Shown here in pieces: positions 52,025 through 61,671 of a stretch of 64,000 nucleotides of DNA; within the stretch, counting starts at the first letter, position 1; the number at the start of each line of letters is the position of its first letter. The translations under genes were made by a program, and so were the position numbers. The stretch spans positions 64,001-128,000 of the forward strand of contig CAWJKZ010000024.1 in assembly GCA_963843575.1 (NCBI GenBank), written 5' to 3'. Source of the DNA: an uncultured Acidobacteriota bacterium. Its GTDB lineage: Bacteria > Acidobacteriota > UBA6911. The notes beneath the pieces were generated by a model. It was not told the DNA's origin. It did no database searches and worked only from the letters and a program-made list of their open reading frames with translations.

Positions 52025-53914
52025 ATGAAGGGCAGGATCCATACCTTTTCCCTGTTGTTTTTTATTCTGGCTGCCGCCGCGCGCCCCGCCGATGCGGCGC
52101 GGGAGCGCTGGACCGGCATCGCGACCCCCAACTTCCTCGTGGCGGGGAACGCTCCGGACCAGGATATCCGCCGGGCGGCGCTGAAGCTGGAGCAGTTTCG
52201 GGAAGTGCTCGCGCGCCTTTTCGGCAAGGCGGACCTCCGCACCTCGTCCCCCGTGCGTGTACTCCTGTTCCGCAACCAGGCTTCTTACGAAACCGTGCGC
52301 CCGGTTCAGAACGGGAAACCGTCCCCGGCGACGGGATTCTTCCAGCCCGGGCGCGAAGTCCACTACATCGCCCTGACGCTGGACACTCCCAACGCCGATC
52401 CGTGGGCCGTCGCCCTGCACGAGTACGTCCACGTGCTGCTTCACGAGAATTCCCGGGTCGTTCCCCTGTGGTTCGCCGAAGGCCTGGCGGAGTACTACAG
52501 CACGTTCGAGGTGCTGACCGGCGAGAAACGGGTTCGCGTCGGGACGCCGCCGGAGCGGCACCTGGAGGCGCTCAAAAGCGGGCCGCTGCTCCCGCTGGAA
52601 GAGCTGTTTGCCGTGGACCGGGAGTCGCCGCGCTACAACGAGGCCGACAAGCAGGGCGTGTTCTACGCCGAGTCCTGGGCCCTCGTTCACTATCTCATGC
52701 TCGGGAAAAACCAGCGTCGCCAGCCAAAGGTCGCCCACTTCATCAAGAAAATCGGCGCAGGCGAGCCGGCTGGCGACAGTTTCCGGGGCGTGTTCGAGAC
52801 CAGCCTCCGCGAGATGGACACCGAACTCGAAAAATACGTCCGCACGGCGGACTACCCCGTACAGGTCGTCACCTTCGACCAACGCTTGGCCGCCGACCGC
52901 GAATTCAAGTCCCTTGCCGTGTCCGAGGCGCAGGCTCAGTTTTACATGGCGGATCTCCTCTTCCACATGAACCGCACCGCCGAAGCTCAGGCGATTCTCG
53001 CGACGGCCCTGCAGCTGGACCCGCGCCTCGCCGAGGCGCGCGCCGTCCTGGCCGTGCTCCTCGCTTCGCAGGGGAAGTCGGGCCAGGCCAGGGACGAGAT
53101 CGACAAGGTGCCCGTGGCGCCCGACAACTTCCTCGTGGGGTACTATCGCGCCCTCGTGCTGAGCGGCGCCGCGGCTCCCGGCGGCGGGCCGGCGATCCCG
53201 GAGCAGGCGGAAATCGTCCGCAGCACCCTGGGGAAACTGATCGAGACCGCCCCGGCATTCACAGAGTCATACAACCTCCTCGCCACGTACAACGCCAATA
53301 CCGGAGTGCCCGCGGCAGAATGCATAGAGCTGATCGAGAAGGCGCTCCGGATCGCCCCGGGTCGGCAGGAACTCCTCCTGACCCTTGCCCGCCTGCACCT
53401 GCGCAACGACGACTGGACCTTGGCTCGGGATATCGCCGAGAGGGTTGCCGCCGGGGCGACGACCTCCGAAATCGCCGCCGAAGCCAGGAGCATCCGGGAG
53501 CGGACCCGGGAGGCCGCAGCACGTCAGGCCGGGGTCGCCCTCCCGAGCGACACGTTCGATCGGCAACCGGACGTCGGGGAGCGGCTCGCCCGCCAGGCCA
53601 CCAGCGGAGGCACGGTTACGGAACAGCCCGGCCCGGACAACACCGAACAGGTTTCGGGGATGCTCGTCGAGATCGTGTGCCGTGACCGGCAGATAAGCCT
53701 CTTCGTTCAGGCCGGGGCGCGCCGCCTCGTCTTTCGGTCCGACACCCCGCAAGACATCGCGTTCACGAGCTACACCCCGGAGGTCGTTGCCCGCATCCGG
53801 TGCGGCCCGCGGAATCCGGCGGTACCGGTCGTGGTTCGGTTCCGCCCGACCCCGGAGGAGCCCGATCGCGCCGGCGACCCGGTCGCGGTTGATTTCGTTG
53901 CGCCGGGAAACTAG
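52025..53914 (+). CDS. Secreted DUF1570/peptidase-MA-like zincin + TPR protein
   Basis: HEYVH, WFAEGLAEYY, FYAESWALVHYL, TPR-like helices. Confidence 0.78.
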   Translation: MKGRIHTFSLLFFILAAAARPADAARERWTGIATPNFLVAGNAPDQDIRRAALKLEQFREVLARLFGKADLRTSSPVRVLLFRNQASYETVRPVQNGKPSPATGFFQPGREVHYIALTLDTPNADPWAVALHEYVHVLLHENSRVVPLWFAEGLAEYYSTFEVLTGEKRVRVGTPPERHLEALKSGPLLPLEELFAVDRESPRYNEADKQGVFYAESWALVHYLMLGKNQRRQPKVAHFIKKIGAGEPAGDSFRGVFETSLREMDTELEKYVRTADYPVQVVTFDQRLAADREFKSLAVSEAQAQFYMADLLFHMNRTAEAQAILATALQLDPRLAEARAVLAVLLASQGKSGQARDEIDKVPVAPDNFLVGYYRALVLSGAAAPGGGPAIPEQAEIVRSTLGKLIETAPAFTESYNLLATYNANTGVPAAECIELIEKALRIAPGRQELLLTLARLHLRNDDWTLARDIAERVAAGATTSEIAAEARSIRERTREAAARQAGVALPSDTFDRQPDVGERLARQATSGGTVTEQPGPDNTEQVSGMLVEIVCRDRQISLFVQAGARRLVFRSDTPQDIAFTSYTPEVVARIRCGPRNPAVPVVVRFRPTPEEPDRAGDPVAVDFVAPGN

Positions 53915-53985
53915 GAGAAGCGTAAGGGAAGAAAAGGGTCCACGGAATTCCTCCTTGGCCCCCACAGCACGCCGGAGAGTGCACG

Positions 53986-54417
53986 ATGAGAAAAACAGCC
54001 CTGTTGACGTTTGCCGCACTGGTTGTGACCGTCCTGCCGGTCCTCGCCCAGGACGTGGTCAGCTACAAGGACCTCAAGGGCATCCAGTTCCGCGAGTACC
54101 AGATGGTGATCACCATCGACTCGTTCGACTGCGAGGCGAAGATCGGCAAGAAGTGCCGGATGTCCGTGACGGTCGAGAACAAGGGAGACAAGCCCGAGCT
54201 CTTCAACGGCACCCAACTGTCCATCGATAACGGCCGGGGGACCGGCTACCGCGCCGTCCCCCCCGAAGGCGAGTCCGCGGCGTCGCTGAAGCGCGAGCTG
54301 AAGCCGGGAGAGTCAGCCAAATTCAGCATGCTGTTCGACGGGCGCATCCACTTCGACCGGCGCGAGCCGGCGCACCTGCGCTATGCCAACACCTCGAAGC
54401 TGCGCATAATCCAGTAA
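53986..54417 (+). CDS. Small secreted Ig-like protein (DUF4352-like)
   Basis: Signal peptide, VTVENKG, ELKPGES. Confidence 0.55.
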   Translation: MRKTALLTFAALVVTVLPVLAQDVVSYKDLKGIQFREYQMVITIDSFDCEAKIGKKCRMSVTVENKGDKPELFNGTQLSIDNGRGTGYRAVPPEGESAASLKRELKPGESAKFSMLFDGRIHFDRREPAHLRYANTSKLRIIQ

Positions 54418-54427
54418 AAGCGCGTTT

Positions 54428-54512
54428 CTTCGAGAGCCTTGAAGCCTTTGAGACTTCGAGGTGGCTTTTGCAGCTCCACCTCGAAGTCTCAACGCCTCGA
54501 AGAATCTCAAAG
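54428..54512. repeat. Palindromic repeat family C
   Basis: Perfect 17 bp inverted core TTGAGACTTCGAGGTGG / CCACCTCGAAGTCTCAA. Confidence 0.7.
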
Positions 54513-54523
54513 GGGGCCGGGGA

Positions 54524-55846
54524 TCACCGGAAAAAGAGGAGCCACACCACCGTGAACACCGGGATGAGGACGGGGATTGAGTACTTGAAGATGTAGCCGA
54601 AAAACGAAGGGCACTCGACCCCCGAGTGCTCCGCGATCGACTTGACCATGAAGTTCGGGCCGTTGCCGATGTAGGTGTTGGCCCCGAAGAAGACCGACCC
54701 CACCGAGATCGCCTGCAGGAAGCGCCCGTGCTCCGCGACGAAGATCTTCATGTGAGAGGGGTCTCCCAGGGTGAACTGGTGCAGCCCCAGGGCTGCGCTG
54801 AGGAAATTCAGGTAGGTGGGGGCGTTGTCCAGAAAGCTCGATAGTAACCCGGATCCCCAGTAGTATTGCCCCGGCGAACGAATGCCCAGCCGGTCGGCGT
54901 TCAGCGCCAGCCAGTCGAGCGCGGGTACCATCGTCGCAAAGATCCCCGCAAACAGTATGGCCACTTCCTTGATGGGGGCGAAGGTAAACTCGTTGGCCCG
55001 CAACGCGTCCTTGCGGCCGAACCTGTAGGCTGCGGCCGCGGCGCCGGCCATGATCAGTTCGCGGACCGGGGAGGCGGCGAAGACCGCGGCCAGGATGATG
55101 AAGAGGAAAATGAAGTTCTGCGCGCCGACGAGGTGAAACCGGCTGCCGCGCACCGCATGGTGCGCCGTCTCCACCCAGCGGCGGTAGGAGTAGGTGTCGA
55201 TCAGGAAGAACACGCCGAGGACGAGCGCCAGGGCCAGCAGCCAGATGTGCCAGATGTTGAGAATCGTCCAGTGGAACGGCACCCCGTTGAGATAGCCCAG
55301 GAACAGAGGGGGATCCCCGATCGGCGTAAGGGCGCCTCCGATGTTGCTGACGATGAATATGAAGAAGACCACGTGAAAGCTGCGTATGCGCGGCTTGTTG
55401 ATCCGGATGAACGGGCGTATCAGCAGCATCGAAGCGCCCGTCGTGCCGACCAGATTGGAGACCACGGCACCGATCGCAAGCAGCGCGGCGTTCATCAGCG
55501 GTGTGGCGTGCCGCTCCGTGTGCAGGAAAATCCCCCCGGCCGCCACGAACAACGACCCGATCAGCGCGATGAAGCTCAGGTAGTCCAAACCGACGTGCAC
55601 CATCCGATGGTAGTCGAGGTAGAGCGTGTAGTAGGCGAGCACCACGAAGCCCAGCCCGAGCGAGACGTGGGGGTAGTATCTGTCCCACCAACTGCGGTTG
55701 ACGAACGGGACGAGCGCGATGGCCAGCAGCAGCGCGATGAACGGGGTCAGCATCCAGGCCTTGACGAGCGGCACCTGCGGCTCCGCCGACCAGCCGCAGG
55801 CGGGGAGCGCCAGCACGAGAGTCGTGACCAGCAGCGTCTTACGCAT
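54524..55846 (-). CDS. Putative sodium:proton antiporter (IT superfamily)
   Basis: GTTGASM, SNIGGALTPIGDPPL, SSFLDNAPTY, YIGNGPN. Confidence 0.85.
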   Translation of the reverse strand: MRKTLLVTTLVLALPACGWSAEPQVPLVKAWMLTPFIALLLAIALVPFVNRSWWDRYYPHVSLGLGFVVLAYYTLYLDYHRMVHVGLDYLSFIALIGSLFVAAGGIFLHTERHATPLMNAALLAIGAVVSNLVGTTGASMLLIRPFIRINKPRIRSFHVVFFIFIVSNIGGALTPIGDPPLFLGYLNGVPFHWTILNIWHIWLLALALVLGVFFLIDTYSYRRWVETAHHAVRGSRFHLVGAQNFIFLFIILAAVFAASPVRELIMAGAAAAAYRFGRKDALRANEFTFAPIKEVAILFAGIFATMVPALDWLALNADRLGIRSPGQYYWGSGLLSSFLDNAPTYLNFLSAALGLHQFTLGDPSHMKIFVAEHGRFLQAISVGSVFFGANTYIGNGPNFMVKSIAEHSGVECPSFFGYIFKYSIPVLIPVFTVVWLLFFR

Positions 55847-55923
55847 GAGCGGCGAATATAGCTCAGGGCAGCCCCGGCTGCAACGGGAGCGCGACGGTGG
55901 CGATACCATCCGGGAAAAGAACG

Positions 55924-55948
55924 ACTTTATATCACAAAGTACTTGACA
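55924..55948 (+). promoter_or_regulatory. Palindromic operator adjoining a TTGACA -35 element
   Basis: ACTTTATATCACAAAGT followed by ACTTGACA; related copy at 57033-57053. Confidence 0.6.
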
Positions 55949-55994
55949 CTGGCGCAGACTGCTGCGATGATGTAGCTGACAAGGAGGGGGTCGC

Positions 55995-56602
55995 ATGATG
56001 GAACCGCCCAGCATCGAAACCGCGCGCGAGCACCTGCTCTACATCCGCCGCACGCTGGAGGCGGCGGGCCAGTTCACGGCGGTCCCCGGAAAATGCCTGG
56101 TGGGCGCCGGGATGGTCGCCTTGGCGGGCGTCGAGGTGAATCTCCGGTTTACCGGTGCGCCCTGGGGCGCCGCGGCCTCGCAGCGGCTTGGCGCTCGACA
56201 CCTGGGGGTTGGTGCTGGGCCTCTCGGTGGCGCTGGTCTCCTTCGGCATCTACCGGAAATCGCGTCTCATCCAGTCGCCGCTGCAGGCACCCCTGGTCCG
56301 CAAGCTGCTCTGGAGCCTCTGCCCGGCGCTGTTTGTCGGAGGCCTCCTCACTAGCGTCGCCATCAGGACCCAGGCCCTCCAATGGCTGCCGACCATCTGG
56401 CTGGGCTGCTATGGGGCCGCCATAACCAGCGGAGGGCAGGTGTCGGTCGCGCCGGTGCGTTTCATGGGCCTCTGCTTCCTCCTGGCCGCATCGGCATCCG
56501 CCATGTCCCCGGGAGGGATGGGGTTGACCTGGCTGGCCGTAGGGTTTCGGGTGGCTGCACCTGATTTTCGGCGCGTACATCGCCTGGAGGCATAATGGCT
56601 AA
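55995..56602 (+). CDS. Hypothetical integral membrane protein (frameshifted)
   Basis: AREHLLYIRRTLE..FTAVPG, WLGCYG, about 6 TM helices across frames; stop overlaps the next ATG. Confidence 0.65.
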
Positions 56603-56978
56603 GACACAAAAAGCCGGCCGGTGCCGAGCGAGCTCGACCCGCTCATCCACGAACGGCTGCGGCTCGGCATCCTCTCCGCCCTGACGGTGCAGGAGGCGCT
56701 CAGCTTCACCGAGTTGCGCGACCTACTGCAGACGACCGACGGCAACCTCAGCGTGCAGGCCCGCAAGCTGGAGGAAGCCGGGTACATCATGTGCGACAAG
56801 AAGTTCGAGCAGCGCAAGCCACGCAGCACGTATCGGCTGAGTGCCGGAGGGGCGTTCGGCGCTGGAGGAGTACCTGGAGATTCTTTCCCTCCTGCTTCCG
56901 GACCTCGGCCAGGTGCGCAACGGCCGTGCTGCGCGCCCGCTGCCGCGCGGGGTCAACCCTCTCCCGTCGCACAGCTGA
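56595..56978 (+). CDS. Winged-HTH (MarR/ArsR-like) transcriptional regulator (frameshifted)
   Basis: LDPLIHERLRLGI, TDGNLSVQARKLEEAGY. Confidence 0.85.
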
Positions 56979-57032
56979 CCCCCGGCGGGCGAGGGCGGTG
57001 CGGAGGGCGGAGGGTATTTTTTTCGCGCCTTC

Positions 57033-57053
57033 GCTTTACGATGCAAAGAACTT
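57033..57053 (+). promoter_or_regulatory. Second copy of the operator, upstream of uppS
   Basis: GCTTTACGATGCAAAGAACTT matches CTTTA-N5-CAAAG-N-ACTT. Confidence 0.55.
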
Positions 57054-57071
57054 AGTCAAAGGAGCAGCAAG

Positions 57072-57792
57072 ATGGGTCCTCTCCGGCACGTGGCGATCAT
57101 CATGGACGGTAACGGCAGGTGGGCGGAACAGCGCGGTATGCCACGCTGGAAGGGGCACGAGATGGGCGCGCAGGCCGTGCGCCGCGCCACCGAGGCTGCG
57201 TGCCGCAACGAATCGGGGCCCTCACCCTGTTTGCCTTCTCCAGCGAGAACTGGAAACGCCCGGCGAAGGAAGTCCATATCCTGTTCAGTCTGCTGCGCCG
57301 TTACTTGGTGGAGGAGACCCGGGAACTTCGGAAAAACGATATACGGCTGAGTGCCATCGGCAGGCGGGACCGGTTGTCGACGTCCGTGCGCCAGGCGTTG
57401 GACGCCACCGAAGAGGCGACACGGTCGGCCGCAGGCTTCATCTCAGGCTGGCACTCGATTACGGCGCGCGCCACGAGATACTCGAGGCGGCGCGCGCCCT
57501 CGCCCGCCGGGTGGGCCGCGGCGAATTGCGTCCCGAGGAGATCGACGAGGACCGTTTCGAGGCCGGACTCTGCGGGCCCGGGGTGCCGGATCCCGACCTG
57601 ATCATCCGGACCGCGGGTGAACGGCGGCTGTCGAATTTCCTGCTCTGGCAGGCCGCGTACGCGGAACTCTACTTCTGCCCGGCGCTCTGGCCGGATTTCG
57701 ACGAGGAGGACTTCGAGGACGCCCTGGCCGATTATCGGTCCCGCACGCGGAAGTACGGGGCGGTCGTCAGCGCGACCGGTACCATCGGATGA
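57072..57792 (+). CDS. uppS: cis-prenyltransferase / undecaprenyl diphosphate synthase (frameshifted)
   Basis: [53 protein letters not shown]. Confidence 0.92.
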
Positions 57793-57891
57793 GTGGGCGG
57801 GGTCGGCCCGCCCCGCCCCAGTGACTGCAGCCGGGATTGATCGACCAAACGGGGGATCAGGTGGATCCGCGGGACTGCGTCGGCCCACTCC

Positions 57892-58668
57892 CTACCGCCG
57901 AACGGTGCCGCCGTCGACGACCAGGGTCTGTCCGGTCACGAAACCCGACATGGGATGACGCGAGAAACAGGGCGGCGTCGGCCACTTCCTTCGGCGTGCC
58001 CCATCGTTTCAGCGGGGTGTCCTCGGCGAACCTGCGCCGGGTTTCCGGATCGAGCGCGTCGAAGGTGGCCGAGGTGTGGATGTTGCCGAGGACGAGCGCG
58101 TTGGCCCGGATATTCCACTTCCCGTATCCGTGGGCGACATCCTTCATCAGCCCGAGGACGCCCGCCTTGGCGACCGTGTAGGGCGCCCCCTGGAATCCCT
58201 GCAGCGCCGGCGTGGAGGACACGTACAGGATGCTGCCGGCCCCCTGCCTCATCATGAGCGGCAGGGCCTCGTAGGTGCAGAATACCGACCCCAGTGTGTC
58301 GACGCGAAACACCTCCAGGTACCACGACTCGAGCTTCGCCTCGGGGGTCTGGTCGAGCGGGGTGTCCCACAACTCGCCCAGGAAATGGAAAGCCGGCGTT
58401 GCAGACGAGCGCGTCGAGCCTGTCGGACGACCAGCGGCGCACCTCGCGGAACAAGTCGGAGACGCTGGCCTGGACGGAGACGTCGCACGCTTTCCCCAGC
58501 ACCTCGACGGAAAACCTCTCACGCAGGTCGGCCGCGACCGATTCGCAATCCTGGGGGTGACGCGACGTGAGCGCCACGTTGGCGCCGTTGCTGGGCGAAC
58601 GTTTCGGCCACCGCCCGGCCAATGCCCCGGGTGGAGCCGGTGATCAGCGCGTATCGGTTCTGGAGCAT
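57892..58668 (-). CDS. SDR family oxidoreductase (frameshifted)
   Basis: ITGSTRGIG, NAG, YTVAK, TGQTLVVDGG across frames. Confidence 0.85.
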
Positions 58669-58739
58669 TCCATTCCGGCTCATCGGTCTAAGGTGTTCCC
58701 GGCTAATCCGATATTATGGATTCGGTTTTGCGCGAATTC

Positions 58740-58858
58740 CAGCGGAACGCGGGGGATTTTCGCGGATTCACGCGGCCCGTGACCATGTCACTATCCGCGT
58801 GCATCCGCGCAAATCCGCGTCCAAGAGATGTTAGCGTATCTATGAACACAAGTACCAA
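58740..58858. repeat. Diverged MITE-like family B copy
   Basis: CGCGGAT/ATCCGCG palindromic core and right end GTTAGCGTATCTATGAACACAAGTAC. Confidence 0.55.
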
Positions 58859-58877
58859 GGGGTGGTGAGGACCGGAA

Positions 58878-59726
58878 ATGGCTGGAACCTGGAAACCCGA
58901 GGGAATGACCTGGACCAACCTGGCCGGCAGGATGTGGCGTGTCATGAACGAGGACGACATCTTCGGCCAGGCGGCCAAGCTGGCTTACTACTTCGTCCTG
59001 AGCACCGTCCCGATGCTGATGTGTGTTGTGACGGCGCTGGGAATGTTCACCCGCGACGAGGAACTGCGGGGGCGGCTCCTGTCCTACCTGAACGCGTTCG
59101 CGCCGCCGTCGGCATCGGCGCTGATCTACCGGGTCGTTGAGGAGATCGGGCAGAGCGGGGGAGGGAAGCTGTCGCTGGGCCTTGTCATCGCGCTGTGGGC
59201 GGCTTCGAGCGGAACGGGGGCGGTCATCGAGGCGCTCAACGTCGCCTACGACGCCAGGGAGACCCGCCCCTGGTGGAAAACCCGGCTCCTGGCGATAGCC
59301 CTGACCGTGACGCTGTCCTGCGCGGTGATCGTCGGGCTGGTTCTGCTGCTGTACGGTGGCTGGATCGCCGGCTTCGTCTCGAGGGTGCGCGGGCTCGGCG
59401 GTGCTTTCGTGGTGACGTGGAGCCTGCTCCAGTGGCCGTTCATCGTGCTGAGCATGCTCGCGGCGTTTGTCCTCCTGTACCGGCTCGGTCCGGACGTCCG
59501 GGGCCGCGCGCTGCGCCGGGTCTGGCCAGGGGCCGTGGTCGGAGTAGTCCTCTGGCTATCCGTCTCATTCGGGCTGCGCCTCTACTTCCTGTTTTTCGAC
59601 TCCTACAGCATCACCTACGGCTCACTCGGCGCGGTCGTGGTCCTTATGCTCTGGTTCTGGTTTACCGGGATGGCGATCCTGGTCGGCGGCGAGTACAACG
59701 CAGTGCTGGCCCAGGACAACGGTTGA
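58878..59726 (+). CDS. YihY/BrkB family membrane protein (second paralog)
   Basis: AAKLAYYF, ALNVAY, TYGSLGAVVVLMLW. Confidence 0.9.
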   Translation: MAGTWKPEGMTWTNLAGRMWRVMNEDDIFGQAAKLAYYFVLSTVPMLMCVVTALGMFTRDEELRGRLLSYLNAFAPPSASALIYRVVEEIGQSGGGKLSLGLVIALWAASSGTGAVIEALNVAYDARETRPWWKTRLLAIALTVTLSCAVIVGLVLLLYGGWIAGFVSRVRGLGGAFVVTWSLLQWPFIVLSMLAAFVLLYRLGPDVRGRALRRVWPGAVVGVVLWLSVSFGLRLYFLFFDSYSITYGSLGAVVVLMLWFWFTGMAILVGGEYNAVLAQDNG

Positions 59727-59920
59727 TCTGCCCAACGTGATGTAAGAGAAGTGCGTCCATCTTCAGCCCAAACGCACCTGCTTTTTCGGAATCCGCCACC
59801 CGTTGCACAGCCCCTGCAGCCCGGACCCGCTTGCCCGACCCGATATCCGATGTTGCCGTTGGGCGCTTTTTTGGCATAATCGCGGCACCGGGCTCCAACG
59901 GATGGACCGGGAGGCTGCCG

Positions 59921-61648
59921 ATGCCCAAGTTGCAGATCAGGACGCCATACGGAAGTCAGAACGAGCTGGTGTTGACCGCCGATTCGTACTCGCTCGGGCG
60001 GGCGTCGGACAACGACATCGTCCTGGAGGATTCCGGCGTGTCGCGCCACCACGGCAGGTTCGAGCGGCACGACGAGGGATACCGGTTCACGGATCTGGGC
60101 AGCCACAACGGCACGTTCATCAATGGGCTCAAAGTCAGATCGGCGGCCCTGGAGGACGGGGACCACGTCCAGATCGGCCAGCACGTCCTCACCTATGCCG
60201 TCAGGGAAGACGCCCCACCGCCCGCGCGGGACCTGACGGTCAGCTTCGAAGTGGACTACGACCAGATCGTCTCGCAGATCACGCGGCAGGTGCGTACCGC
60301 CGAGACGCTGAAAGGGGACAGCTCGCTCCTTTCGCAGCTTCAGAAAGAGCAGCACACGGTCCGGCTTCTGTTCGAGCTGAGCAACGCCATTTCGACGCTC
60401 AACACCGTCGAGGCGGTGGCGCAGAAGGCGGCGGAGGTGCTGCTGCAGACGACGCGGGCCGAGCGCGCGGCCCTCTTCCTGGTCGAAGGGCAGGAGAAGG
60501 GTCTGATCCCGGTGATCGTGCAGGGGCGGCCGGGCCGTGTCGTGGACCCGCGGCCGGTGGTGCTCTCATCCACGATCGCCGCCAAGATCCTGACCGAGCG
60601 GAAGGGGATCATCACCGCGGACGCCCTGAGCGACGACAGGTTCGCGCACGGCCAGAGCGTCGCGATCCAGGGCCTGCGCTCGATCGCCTGCGCCCCCCTG
60701 CTCGGCAAATCGGGCAGCCTGGGGATCGTGTACCTCGAGAACAAGAGTTCCGTCGGGGCGTTCCACGAGGAGGATTTGAAGCTCCTGTGCGCGGTCGCGT
60801 CCCAAATCGGGCTGGCGATAGAGAACGCGCGTCTCTTCGACGCGTTGCGGCGCCACTCGGAAGAGCTGGAGAAAACGGTCGAGGAGCGCACGGCCGCGTT
60901 GAATCGGGCGCAGCTGAAGCTGTATCAGACCGAGAAGATGGCGTCGCTGAGCCGCCTCGTAGCAGGGGTGGCACACGAGATCAACAACCCGCTCGGGGCG
61001 CTCAAGTCCAACCTGGAACTGCTGATGGTGATGTTCGGCCGGGCCGCGACCCAGCCCGACCGGCCCCGCGAGGAAGCGGTCTTGTTCGAGCACCTCGCCG
61101 GGCTCGGGCAGGCCAGCGTGGCCGCGTGCGCCCGGATCGTGAACGTCGTGCGCGCGTTGTCGTCCTTCGCCCGGCTCGACGAGGCCGACTTCAAGAAGGC
61201 GGACGTCAACGAGGGCATCCGGACCGTGACGCAGCTGCTCGACCCGTCCCTGCGCCGCAACGTCGAGCTAAGGCTGGATCTGGCGCCCTTGCCCCAGATC
61301 GTCTGCTTCCCGGCACTGCTGAACGAGGCGTTCATGAACCTGCTGGTCAACGCGTGCCAGGCGATCAAGACCTCCGGACAGGTGATCATCTCCAGCGTCC
61401 TGGACGCCGAACACGTCGTCGTCACAATATCCGACACGGGGTCGGGCATCCCCCGGGAACACCTCGGCAAGATATTCGAGCCGGGGTTCACAACCAAGAA
61501 ACTGGGGGTAGGGATCGGGCTCGGCCTGGCGGTCGTCTATAGCGTCATCAAGGAACACGGGGGCACGATCGAGGTCGAAAGCGAGCCGGACCGGGGCTCG
61601 ATGTTTCGGATACGGCTCCCGATCACTCCCCGGGGTCCCAAGGCTTGA
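59921..61648 (+). CDS. Cytoplasmic FHA-GAF-histidine kinase
   Basis: FHA (GR, SRHH, DLGSHNGT), GAF (SIACAPL, LAIENARL), AHEINNP, NLLVNA, FTTK, GLGL. Confidence 0.92.
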   Translation: MPKLQIRTPYGSQNELVLTADSYSLGRASDNDIVLEDSGVSRHHGRFERHDEGYRFTDLGSHNGTFINGLKVRSAALEDGDHVQIGQHVLTYAVREDAPPPARDLTVSFEVDYDQIVSQITRQVRTAETLKGDSSLLSQLQKEQHTVRLLFELSNAISTLNTVEAVAQKAAEVLLQTTRAERAALFLVEGQEKGLIPVIVQGRPGRVVDPRPVVLSSTIAAKILTERKGIITADALSDDRFAHGQSVAIQGLRSIACAPLLGKSGSLGIVYLENKSSVGAFHEEDLKLLCAVASQIGLAIENARLFDALRRHSEELEKTVEERTAALNRAQLKLYQTEKMASLSRLVAGVAHEINNPLGALKSNLELLMVMFGRAATQPDRPREEAVLFEHLAGLGQASVAACARIVNVVRALSSFARLDEADFKKADVNEGIRTVTQLLDPSLRRNVELRLDLAPLPQIVCFPALLNEAFMNLLVNACQAIKTSGQVIISSVLDAEHVVVTISDTGSGIPREHLGKIFEPGFTTKKLGVGIGLGLAVVYSVIKEHGGTIEVESEPDRGSMFRIRLPITPRGPKA

Positions 61649-61671
61649 CAGGCGAAGCCTCCGACGTGGAT

